A DNA stretch of 64,000 bases from Gekko japonicus (taxonomy: Eukaryota), in assembly GCF_001447785.1 (NCBI RefSeq), contig NW_015162475.1, forward strand, positions 744,764-808,763. The letters are read 5' to 3'. The position numbers and the translations under genes are program-made. Below are positions 13,071 to 24,152 of the stretch, piece after piece (the first letter of the stretch is position 1; the number at the start of each line of letters is the position of its first letter). Under the pieces are notes generated by a model. It was not told the origin of the DNA, did not search any database, and worked only from the letters and a program-made list of their open reading frames with translations.

Positions 13071-14012
13071 GATATGTCTCAATGGCCTTAAAAGCCTTCA
13101 ATGAAAAATCTAGTTCACAATTTCTATATGGCGCTCCCATTTGGATAAATGCAATTAACCAACAGAGGGTTTACAATCCATTTTATTGCAGAAAATCCTT
13201 GGACTCCCTAATTGTGTCCCATACGCTGCGATCTGTCTTGAAACCGGCCAGATGCTGCTGGAAACTCAGGCCTGGCTTCTGACCATCAAATTCTGGCTGC
13301 GCCTTCTGTTTAATCCTGACCCGAATTCCTTTACCTTTTTAATGCTGACAGATCATTATGAACCTAATTGGCTGAAATCAGTCCCCCCAAAAATTAGGTC
13401 CTTAGGAATACATCTAGATCCGCTTTACTTGTCATCTGCCTCCACAATATTTTATACAATTAAACGCAGGCTTCTAGATATCCAATTTCAGCGCCTGACT
13501 GAGGCAGCCAGGAAAACCTGTTCCCCAGTTCATCTGGGATTATCCCAGACACTGGGCCAGACAGCTACTTATGTTTGTTCTCTAACTGATCACCATCAAA
13601 GAAGGGCATTTATGTTAGCCAGATCTAACGTATTGCCATCGGCCATCTTCTCTGGAAGATGCCAAAAAATCCCCTATGAACTTAGGAAATGCCCCTGCAG
13701 TCAGGGTGCTATCGAATCCATTTCCCATGTTCTTTTAAATTGTCCATTTTATACTAAGATTCGAGGAAAATTTCTGGACACCCTTCTTTTTACATGGCGT
13801 GGTCTTCCTGAGAGTATCAAGGTCCAGTTGCTACTCTCTAGGCAAAACGCTTCTATGTTGCTTGTTTTCTTCAATCTGTAATTCGAACCAGGGAAACTAT
13901 TAATTGATCAGTTCTTTTTTGTTGGCTGTTTGACAGCCATACCTTTGATGTATTCCTGAATTTTAATGTTATCTTATCTCTGACATACCAATAAAGGTGG
14001 TCTGTCTGCTGC

Positions 14013-14166
14013 TAGTGTTCTATCTATACATTGTGGCTAATAGCCACTCATCCTCCTCTGCTCCATACGTTTATCCAATCCCCTCTTAAAGCTCTCTGTG
14101 CCTGTAGTTGCCACCACTTCCTGTGGCAGTGAATTCCATGTGTTAATTACTCTTTGGGTAAAAAAG
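14013..14166 (-). mobile_element. CR1 LINE 3' end, right part
   Basis: tttatccaatcccctcttaaag...gccaccacttcctgtggcagtgaattcca is a typical CR1 3' region in antisense; continues the 10728-10910 fragment. Confidence 0.7.
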
Positions 14167-15899
14167 TCACCCATCTCAAGGGGAATCTGACACATCTCTG
14201 GCATTTCTATGCAACATGCAGTACATACAAGATAAGATAGTGAGCATTCCCCCCCCCAAAAAAAAAACAGCCAAAGACACCATTTTGCTTGAGTTGCTAA
14301 ACTGATTTATGATCTGTAGTGTGCAAAGAACACAATACTTCAATTGAGTGCTAAAAGCTGTTCTTTAAGCTATTCAGGAGCTAAAACATCACCTCCAGTT
14401 CAAGACAAATTGTTTACCTAGTATTTAAGGAGTCAAAAGTCATTTTTGTATATATGGGATGTATATTTTTCCTGCACTGGCTAATTTGTGGAGGGTATTT
14501 AGGATACTCTTAAATGACTGAGGCCAACAGCAGGCAAAAGGCTACAAAAGGTGACCTATTTCCAGCGTAATTTGCAAAGCTGGGATTTGCATCTCTGCTC
14601 CAGTAAGTTTCAGGTCCTTACTATGCTTGTTTGCACATAAGGAAGCACAACTACTTATTTCCTTTGACAGTAACCACTGGACTGTCAACCCACCTATGTA
14701 AAGGTACTTGTCATCCCATGTCCAGGCTAACACACTATAAGTTCAGATAACATTCAATCATAGGAGGCAGCTTTCGCCAGGTAATACTACTGTACTTGTG
14801 GCATTGATAATCACACATGCTGAGTGAGACTTTGAATACCCAGCTGCCTAACTTGACAGAACCCTTGTGAAGTTGTGACACAGTGGCTAGGAAGGGAAGA
14901 GCCTCTTCACTTAGCCTTTTCTTCACTTAATAGCGACTGGCACTATCCTTAATGGGCAGCCTTCCTACACAATGTAATCTGTAGGGGAGAAGATAACTAC
15001 ACCCTTTTTATAGGCTCACAGTTAAAATTTAGGTAGCAAGGCGAATTGTTAAATTTGCTAATTTGGCTGGGCAAAATCACAGAGATGGACGGAGCTATTA
15101 TGGATGCCATTAGACGTTGGGTGCATGGCTTGATTAAACCAAGTTTTGTCTGAACACAACCTACAAGTAGACAGTAAATACTAAACTGGGACTCTTAAAC
15201 TATGGTTTGTATCGGTGTTGGTAATTTCTGTTTATCATGAGGTCTGACTATAGATAACCCCCCCCCCCGCAAATTTGCTCAGTAACTCTGTTCTTGTTAG
15301 CCTATTGCACACAGGAAAAAGCACAGACCATGCAATCTTGCTGCTCCAGCAGCATATACCTCTCAGCAGAGCTTTCTAAGATATCCCCCCCCCCCGAGGA
15401 CACACCCTGAGCAGGAACATGCTTGAGTTTTCAGCCTTTCCCAAAGGAAAATTAAAGCAGCAATGAAATTGTGACAGTATGGATCGGTGGAGAAGACCGA
15501 TCCTTTGAGAAATTCAGGAACCCAGTGAAACACACTCAGGTGGAGAGGGAGACCAATCATTTGCAAAGAGGTACCTTGCCTTGCTGTGCCCATTTATTGC
15601 AGCAAACCAACAACAAGCAAGCTGTAACATGTGGTGAGGCTTTGCCATCAGCCCAACAGTACATCATGGAACCTTGAGAGAACATCCAGAGAGATAGGAA
15701 ATGAGGCAAGTAGCACTACTGGGGGTTTACAAAGAACGGTCTGTTATGTCACCCAACCGGGGGGGGGGGGGTCATGCAAACTGGTTTAAACAAATATGTC
15801 TGAATGTAGTCATTCATCACACCGCTTTTAAGATTGTCATTTTGTTCAATACACAGGTCGGTAACATGTACATGAGGTTTCAATAAGTGATACAAGACA

Positions 15900-16101
15900 C
15901 TACATTTGTGCAGTTTTAAATTTTAATAGTATTTTTAAAGAACACAATAAACACCTTCAATTTAATGCCCAACTTTAATACATTTCGTTTTTCAACATGG
16001 ACTCAGGAACCTTGCCTTCGGAGTGCAACTTAAATCTTGCCGAGTTGCTTACAAAAAGGTAATTGTAACGCATCAGGAGGATAATGGGGAAAGTAGCATT
16101 T
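15900..16101 (-). other. Velo1/Buc 3' UTR
   Basis: Follows the TGA. Three ATTAAA hexamers on - at 15974-15979, 15961-15966 and 15922-15927. Confidence 0.55.
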
Positions 16102-16148
16102 TCACAGTTCTGATCTTCCTTTATAGAGAGATCTTCTCACTCCATGTA
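16102..16148 (-). CDS. velo1: Bucky ball/Velo1 ortholog, last coding exon
   Basis: Strong acceptor ttaatttctttgtgcag|, phase 1, encodes (V)HGVRRSLYKGRSEL*, followed by ATTAAA signals. Confidence 0.65.
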
Positions 16149-18249
16149 CTGCACAAAGAAATTAAGGAATGTTAGTATTTTGTTTCTTTTTAAATATGCA
16201 CTTGCTACTTCCGCAATGGCTTGTATGTGTTTAGCTTGAGACACACTGATTCAAGATTCACCTGAAATCCTTATATATGGGTGATGCCTCAAGATAGATC
16301 CCATTCACGGCTGCAGAGAATGAAGCACCCAATGGTATTTTGGTGAGAACCCACACTAAATGGTACAGGTTTTTTTGCAGCTTTACTCTGCCTACTATTA
16401 AGAAGAGTCTAAACAGGATAAAATGGCCCATTCAGGTGCATGTAGCGTCCTCTTTAAGGTTTGTGCCATTTCAGAATTCTTCTCTGGCCAAGCTTAAGTC
16501 TTGTCCCGTAATACCTTGCTGGGGAAAGCTAAAACATTAAGGAGATGATGCCAAAGCTGCCTACATCTAATGTACCAGCTTTCCTTTTTCTTCCAATGTA
16601 TTTGGGAAAGCTTTTGAATATATAAAACATACCAAGCGCAAAGAATTACAGTGAGCCTGTCATGACCAAACACTACCGTTGAATTGTGATATTATATGCT
16701 ACGTCACAGATTAACTCTGCAGACATTTGCAACTCAGCAGGGAATTGCTTGCCCGTTTCCGTTTGTAGGTGAGTTCTTAGGAAGAGATGGGTTCCAGACA
16801 CTTCTGCATAAGCATGTGGGGAGATACTGCAAGGGATCATGGACGCATATGGCTCCACACGCACCCCAAACATTACAGCCCTGCAAGGACTACATGTCCA
16901 CTGCCTTTCCCAAGCATTACAACTGGACTCAGGCCTTTGTTTCAGTGCATAGTCCACTTTGCCAGGAATACTCAAAGGAAGCCCTCGCTCCCACTGCCAG
17001 AAGGTAGTCCTTTTACTCAGAGGAAAAAATGAGGCATGATATAAACAGATTTCACTGCAAACATGCTTGCAGACAGACTTGGCCTACAAAGGACAGATGA
17101 ACGGGCTGAGCTGCTGAAGTACAGCCTTGCTCCCCTGGAAGCTACTAGCAAGGAATGTGCAACAGATTCTAAGTTCTGCTGTACATTCCTTGCTAGTAAC
17201 TGCTTGTCTGTCGACCTATCCTATAAGACATACAGTTCATTGGTTCCCAGCATCCTGGTGGTAAAGCACAGGTGTTGAACTCATTTGTTATGATGTCACT
17301 TTTGCCAGGCCAGGCCATGTGTGCCATAAAATGTAATGTCAGGTGTCAGAGATGTAAACTTTATAAAGCACACAGGCAAACCCAATCAAGGATATTTTTA
17401 CTCAAAACACAAAGATGCTTAAAACATCAACACTCTTACGGACACCCTTTGCTCTGAATTATTGCATCAAATAATCAGTCAGCATCTGTGCTGTAGTAGC
17501 AGTCTTAAATATACTGTTTAAGTGTGTATCTGGAAGCTGAGAACATAACTTTTGATTTATTGACATTACAGGAAAGAGCTGTTCACAAACATACGTTGTC
17601 TCCAACAGACAGAATTTTAGAAGCAAAATCCTTAAGTTTCAGGTACGCAAAAACTGCTAAAATTTCCTAATGCCAACTTCAGAAAGCAGCAATCACACTG
17701 TCCCCCCACCTATCTGCGATTTGTGGCATCCTTTCACCGGTAGGTGGCAAGCAGTGTGAATGTCCCATTTCATCAATTGTACCAACTCGCTATGTATAAT
17801 CCACCTTGAGAAACTTTCCCTGTCCATCCCCCTATCCTTCCGTGCACAAGTAGTCCCAGAGGTTCTCTTCCCTCTCTGAAAATACACTTCCCCACTACAC
17901 TAGATCAGCAACTTTTTCTCTGTGCAACCCAGGAAGCGTTCATGTGTGCAAAGCAGGGTTTCTTCCCCACTTAGAGAGGTCCACCCCAAAACATACACAT
18001 ATAAGTTCTCCAAGGAACTGGAGCCACCGCCTTCAGCACTTGCCCAATACACCACAAAAATCATGAACTCTCCACAGATTAATGGCCACCTGTCAATGAC
18101 CAGAACTCTTAGACCAGTCCTTTCATCCCAGATACACTCTGGCATTCCCATTCCTACACTTCCCCTAATGCCCCTTTCAGCAGCTCCCCACCACCACCAC
18201 CCATTGTGGGTGATTTCCCAGAAGCGCTGCTCCGCGCTCACTCCTCCCT

Positions 18250-18456
18250 TTTGCCCCGATGGTACGTAACGTGTCAATTTCACACAAGCTGCTGCGCGGC
18301 CGCATTTTGCCCTGCAGCTTCGTGCGATTTCCCCCGCGACTACTCAATCCTCAAAAAACAGGATTGAGTAGACGTGGGGGAAATCGCACGAAGCTGCGGG
18401 GCAAAATGCGGTCGCGCAGCAGCTTGTGTGAAATTGACACGTACCATCGGGCCAAA
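18250..18456. repeat. Near-perfect ~200-bp palindrome (foldback MITE)
   Basis: Arms of about 100 bp are reverse complements around the loop caaaaaac (18352-18359). Confidence 0.9.
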
Positions 18457-19012
18457 GAGAAGAGTGAGCTCAGAGCCCTTCAGTCAAAGAAGCTCAGTTA
18501 TTGAGGACACAAGAAAAGGCCTTTCCAGTGGCAGCCCTGTGACTATGGAGCAACTTCCCCTGGGGGGGGAGGTGTGTGGCTTCCCCCTCCCTTTTGGTCT
18601 TTAGCAGGCAGCTGTTTTTTTAGGACTGCGTTTGACTAAGTTACTAGCAGTCCGAAATTGTAATTTCAATTAATGTATTTTGTTTTATGTACTTTATCTA
18701 TGTTGTAAGCCGCCTTCAGCTCCATAAGGAAGAAAGGCAGCTAATAAGTGTTTTAAATAAAGGAACCTGTTTGTTTCATGATTACCTCTAAAGCCTCCGG
18801 TACACCCATTCAAAGTCACATGATGGTTTCCAGATTCAGCGGTTCCCTGCATGATCAGAGAGCCCGTCCAAGTGCTGCACGGCTGCTCTTATAAGCCCTC
18901 GTGCCAGGGGAGGCTTTTGGACCCAAGAGGTCATTCAGATTCCTGACTTCAGAACCCACAACTCCACCTCTGGTTCATGCCGCAGCAGCAACCACCGTCT
19001 TCATACACTAAC

Positions 19013-19129
19013 CTTTGTGATGATGGGCGACTTTCATTTTCTCCCACTGCTCTTCTATTTCTGCATCATCTCTTGTGTCCCTGCGCTTGTGCGGAGGCTT
19101 GCGCACCCCTTTCTTCTTCGGCGTGCACT
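19013..19129 (-). CDS. velo1: Bucky ball/Velo1 ortholog, coding exon 4
   Basis: tgcag|...AAAG|gttagt, 117 nt, phase 1-1, open: (E)CTPKKKGVRKPPHKRRDTRDDAEIEEQWEKMKVAHHHK. Confidence 0.7.
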
Positions 19130-19460
19130 CTGCATTCAGAATCATGCAGGTTTATGAAGTCCAGTTAACAGATTTATTCCCTTTACCGTTGTAGTAGGGT
19201 AGGGAATTGGCACCAAAGGGCATGACGTCTGATTGGCCAGTCAGACTAGCTTGCTCTTAAACTAATGGGGAGAGCCACGTGACTCGTTCTCAGGGTTAGT
19301 TGACACAACAGCATTTTTGGATTTGGACCACATCACATGCACAGTGGGGATCTGCAACCCACAATATGCCATTTACCTGCAAGAGACAGTCATTGTGCCC
19401 TCCCAAAACGGACTGGAGCTCAACTCCCCACCCTTATACCATTTTCCCAATTGACACACA

Positions 19461-19872
19461 CACGGGAGTCATTTCCTGCAGGAGCACACAGGAGCGTAGC
19501 TCCGGCAGTAAAGAGCCCAGGGGGCAGGCACATGCATCAAGCCCTGCCCCCTGCTCCCAGCAGCCCTCAGTCAGCGCAAGAAGCAGCCAGGTAAGTTGCA
19601 GAGCCCCACCCCCGGCCTCCCAGTCCAAAACAGTCCAGTGGCACCTTTAAGACCACGTTTTATTCAGGTACAAGCTCTCCCTCCTCTGCGAGGTCAGATC
19701 TGCACGTTCCCCCACCCCAATAGCTAGCAATCCAAAACAGTCCAGTGGAGCCTGAGTGGTGGGTGTTGCATCACTTCCAGTGATGTCAGGGGGTGTGGCA
19801 TATGCAAATAAGTTATGTTAATGAGCTCTACTAATGAGCTCCTACACCTCTTTTTCTACGAAATGACCCTTG
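19461..19872 (+). mobile_element. hAT-type MITE, family B
   Basis: Homologous to 55509-55866; ends ..gtcattt / aaatgacccttg. Confidence 0.75.
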
Positions 19873-20631
19873 CACACACCTATACATCCCTAATGGCTTT
19901 AAGCCCTGGTAAGGAAAGGGTAAGGACTTAGTATGAGCCAGTGCAGAATCTGGGGCCACCAGGTGCAGGCTGGGAAATACCTGGAGATTTTTGGGGTGGA
20001 GCCTAAGGAGGGTGGGGTTTGGAGCACAACGCTACAGAGTTCAGCTTCCAAAGCGGCCATTTTCTGCAGGTGAACGGATGTCTGTCGCCTGGAGATCAGT
20101 TTTAACAGCAGGAGATCTCCAGCCGCCACCTGGAGATTGCCAACCCTAGTGGTGTAGTGGTTAGCCTATTGACCTGAGAGATACAGGTCCAGACCTCTGC
20201 CCACCATGAAACTCACTGGGTGACCTTGGGCAGGTCACTCTCTTGCTACCTAACCTGCCTCACAGGGCTGGTATGAAGATAAAATCGAGGAAGAGAACAA
20301 TTATGTACATTTTGCTGAGCTGCTTGAAAGGATGGTGCAATAAGGTACTTAAACCAACTTGCCTTCTCTCCACTGCGGCTGAAATGTCCTCTTCCTAGGC
20401 TGTTTCTCAGCTGGAGATACTGATGGAAGGGTGACATAGCAGAGCGGAAGTGCCCCAGAACTACAAACCCCGGTCCATATCCACGTACTGCCATGGCAGC
20501 TTTGGGCTCCTTAATGTATCAGGTGCTCACCCAAAATAAGCGACATTCCAACAAATATCACCCATATAAATACAGCATATGGTTGCACTCAGGGAGCCTC
20601 TGTGCTGAGGCAGTTTCAGATTAGATTCTAC

Positions 20632-21026
20632 CAGGGCTATTTTTGGGCAGGAATGCACAGGAATGGAGTTCCGGCTGGCTCCTAAATTGGCCACACCCAG
20701 CAGGAACTCATTAGCATAATAGGCCACACCCAACAGCAGGAACGCATTAGGATTGGCTACATTAGGGGTGTGTGGCCTAACATGCAAAGGAGTTCCTGCT
20801 CCAAAAAAAGCCCTGGGTTTTGACAACAAACAAGGTAAACAGAATAAGAAGCAAAAGGTGGGTGTGGCTGGATGACCACACTTCTGGTAACATGGGGGTG
20901 CGGCCTAATATGCTAATGAGTGGTGCTGTCGGGGTGTGGCCTAATATGCTAATGAGTTTCTGCTGTTGGGTGTGGCCTATTATGCTAATGAGTTCCTGCT
21001 GGGCTTTTTCTACAAAAAATGCCCTG
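20632..21026. mobile_element. hAT-type MITE with tandem GGGTGTGGC / ATGCTAAT units
   Basis: TIRs cagggctatttt / aaaaaatgccctg, perfect 8-bp TSD GATTCTAC. Confidence 0.85.
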
Positions 21027-21184
21027 GATTCTACACACTTCTCGAAATTGCTGCCACAGCCTTTACTTTGAGCAACAGCTTGAGGATTATATGCCCAACC
21101 TAAGCCCCCTTTGTTCGTTTATTCTCCCTCCAGTGGGCAGGAATAACAGACATTCGAATACTCGATCAAGAGATAAAGCCGTAC

Positions 21185-21310
21185 CTGGCTCTCTGCTTTT
21201 GGCCGTGGGAGAGAGTCCACTATGAAGCAGGCTTGCGAACTTGGGCTTCGCACCACTTTTTAGCCAGTAGTCATCAGCTAGGACCCCTCCGCCTTCCTTC
21301 AGTAGCTTTC
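21185..21310 (-). CDS. velo1: Bucky ball/Velo1 ortholog, coding exon 3
   Basis: cttcatcctttgaccag|...CCAG|gtacgg, 126 nt, phase 1-1, open: (G)KLLKEGGGVLADDYWLKSGAKPKFASLLHSGLSPTAKSREP. Confidence 0.75.
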
Positions 21311-21710
21311 CTGGTCAAAGGATGAAGGAAGTAAAATGCCCGTTGCTACGTACCTTGTTTTTGCAAACATTAGCAAATGTATCAGCAGCCTACAGAACTG
21401 AAGACAGAGTGTTCAAAACTGCTTCTAGAATTAAATTCTACAGTTAGCATCCATTTACTATTCGGGCACTGGCCATTAAATCTTACCTAATTCCATCCTC
21501 TTGCTCCTCACCCCATCTCCCATGCACTGATTTAATAGCAGAACCTAATAATTTGCACCTTGGTTTGCAACAATCCTAGCCAGTCTAGTCTAGTTGGCCT
21601 CTTCCAGCTCTAATAAAGGACACTCGTTCCAGCATGAAAATGCACCACAACAAATTACTAAGTTAGAGCCATGATTCCGGGAATGTGCATGAGCTTGTAT
21701 GTACTAGAAA

Positions 21711-22077
21711 TAGGGGTTCCCGACTCCCCAGTCCTTTTGAGCCTCCGGGCACCTTTGGAATTCCAACACAGCATGGCGTGCGCACAAAATGGCTGCTGCA
21801 AAATGGCTGCTTCAGGAGGTGGAGCTAGCCACAAAATGGCTGCTGCAGCTTGCCTTCAGTCACAAAGTGAAGATCCTTGTGCCGTGGTGGCAGCTGCTGC
21901 CAAAGGGTGTTTTGAAAAATCCACACAGCCAATCAATTCTCCAGTGGCCAATCAGCGGCCTTGCTGGGCAAAAGCCCCATCTGGCCCTGCCTACTTTCTA
22001 AAAAAACAGTTGGTGGGCACCAGGAAAGGTGTCAGCAAGCACCACAGCACCCATCGTCACCACGCTGGGGACCCCTG
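21711..22077. mobile_element. hAT (Charlie-like) non-autonomous element
   Basis: Ends taggggttcccga / gctggggacccctg with an approximate TSD tactaga. Confidence 0.65.
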
Positions 22078-22268
22078 TACTAGACACTAGTGTTAACAGG
22101 GACTTAAGAAGTCTGATGAAGGTTCAACTAGTCACCCTCAAAGTATTCTCCCACCCTACATTCAGGCGCTCCATTCCCCTCCCACTCACTTCCCATTGGC
22201 AAAGGGATCGCAGCCAGAAGGAATGCTGCCTTAGAAGTTTTTACCAAGTTACAGGCTCTGTTTTTTAC

Positions 22269-24152
22269 CTGAATACCTTTGTGAATTTCTTCTGTGCCCG
22301 AGCACCTCAAGTTGTTGGGCTGTAGGTTTCTTCAGATAGAAGTTGCAGTCGCCACAGACATCTTCATCCTCTTCTTGGTCCCTCAGTTTGTTAGCTGGTC
22401 TAGAAAGTTTTATTTTTTCTTGAACAGGCCAACTGATGAGCTGGGCTGGAACAGCATTTTTCGGTATCTTCCAAAACACTTGCTTGCCATCCTGTTGGTA
22501 GAAGCCATATTTGGCAGGGGCTAAAGTTCCATAGGGAGCAACTCCTTGGATCAAGTAGTATTCTTCCTTCTCCTCCTCCTCCTCCTCCTCCTCCTCCTCT
22601 TCCTCATCCTCTGGTTCTTTAACCCAGTATTCCTCAGAGTCCTCAGCTTCTGAGGGTGACAAACTCTTAGCGGCTTTTTTCTTAAGGGAATAGAGCTTCT
22701 TTCTACTGGAAGACCTAGGCAGAGTGCCCAACTTTCTACTTCGACTGGAAAGCTCTTTAATCTTGATCCTTGAGCTGCTCTTCACGTTCTGGCCCTCACT
22801 AGCACCAACCTGCTCTCCTCCCACCTTGTCTTTGTTGTCCTCGTCTTCATTGAGGAAACCTCCACTTTTAATTTTTTCTCTCTCTGAGCCCTCTGTGCTT
22901 TTTTTGAAGGGATACCCACTCTTCTGAAATGTATAGCCAGGGGCAAAATAAGACACTGGTAAGTTATCCATCGATGAGCCTTCATCCACAGAAGACATCT
23001 CATCAGAGGTAAGGCTGAGCACACTTGGGCGTTTCCTTTGGGACACATACATGTTGTAGTTGGGGTCCATGTTGTCTATACGAGCCAGCCAACTGTCAGA
23101 AGGAATGTATTTCTCTGACTCATCACACCACAGACTTTTTTCTAGAGTTACTTGACTTTCAAGGGACACCTCATTCTTTTCCTCCAGTTTCTCAGGGAAA
23201 TCAGCATCGCTTGTTTTCTCTCTACCAGACAGACTTTGTTGAATCGGGTCTGACACTTCTTGAGGAGTTTTTGAACCACGGAACCTTTTTGAGCCAGAAG
23301 ATCCTTTGGACATCACAGCTTCTTGCCTCACTCCCATCAAGTCAGGTCCAGTTGGTTCAGCCATCTGCCCTGCTTTGGTGTCATCCAACGGAGATCTTGT
23401 CCAATGGCTCGCAGTTCCTTGCTTTTCTGCATCCAGTTTTCCTTTAAGTTGAGGCTCTTTCTCTTGTACATCCTCAAGAGCCTTTTGCTCCTCTGGGTAA
23501 GTAATACTTGGCACCAACTCCCCTCGGTTAGGAGGCCCATAAATAACTCCTTCACAGGAAGCCAGAGCAAACATATCTCTTTGCATTACATTCTCTGGGA
23601 CTGACTTCTCTGCCACATCATATAGAGGGATTGTTTCTTTGAAGGACTTCCATAACTGAATGGCAGGGGCACCATCATTGTCGTATTCTATCCTGACCTC
23701 CTCTTTCTCATAGGCATAGCCTGCTGGGGGGAGGCTTCGGAACTGTACAGACCCCGAAGAGCTCTTGGTAAAGTCTCTGTCTGGAACACTTGAAAATGCA
23801 GCCCTGTCCTGTTTTTCTACAGGGCTTGCAGCTCCCTTACCAGTACTAGAAGGGGTGTAGGTTGCATTTCCAGCATCACAGCCTTGTGTTTCCATGCTGT
23901 GATCCTGATGCCTTTTCAGTTTGCTTTCAGACTGCTTCTGATCTGTCTGTGTTTCTTTAGTCTCCGTTCGTTTCCCTGGGTTGTAGTGCCTGAACCGTGT
24001 CGCTTGATAAAACATGGGCGAGGGTAGGTGACCATTAAAATAAGGTCTTCTGTTAACTCTCATATGCATGGGATGCTGTGGGACAAGATATCCGGGGTAG
24101 TCATGGAGAGGTATAGAATAGAGTGGGTAATACGGATTTGCATTTCTGAAGC
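22269..24152 (-). CDS. velo1: Bucky ball/Velo1 ortholog, large coding exon 2
   Basis: catctag|(G)FRNANPYYPLYSIPLHDYPGYLVPQHPMHMRVNRRPYFNGHLPSPMFYQATRFRHYNPGKRTETKETQTD matches the second half of the BUVE motif of Xenopus Velo1 as I recall it (..YPGYFVPQ..SPMFYHATRFRHY..RTETKETQTD). 1884 nt open; donor TCAG|gtaaaa. Confidence 0.92.

Larger units (their letters stand above)
10911..14012 (+). mobile_element. Degenerate, internally deleted APE-type non-LTR retrotransposon (RTE-X/Tx1-like)
   Basis: Endonuclease motifs LLSWNMAGW, FFQETW, VNIYLPP and GDFNARIG (frameshifted). C-terminal CPC...ESISHVLLNC finger in ORF 13186-13881. AATAAA at 13990 followed by a (CTG) tail. 13-bp TSD tagtgttc(c/t)atct at 10898-10910 and 14013-14025. 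Confidence 0.85.

Noticed and set aside
13186-13881. 231-aa ORF as a host gene
   Set aside because: LINE ORF2 C-terminal remnant inside a TSD-bounded element.
20860-21000. CRISPR-like spaced repeats
   Set aside because: Eukaryotic context, no unique spacers and no cas genes; these are MITE internal tandem units.
22249-24069. 606-aa ORF as a stand-alone single-exon gene
   Set aside because: The frame extends upstream to an acceptor at 24152 and joins the BUVE exon; the Met at 24069 is internal.
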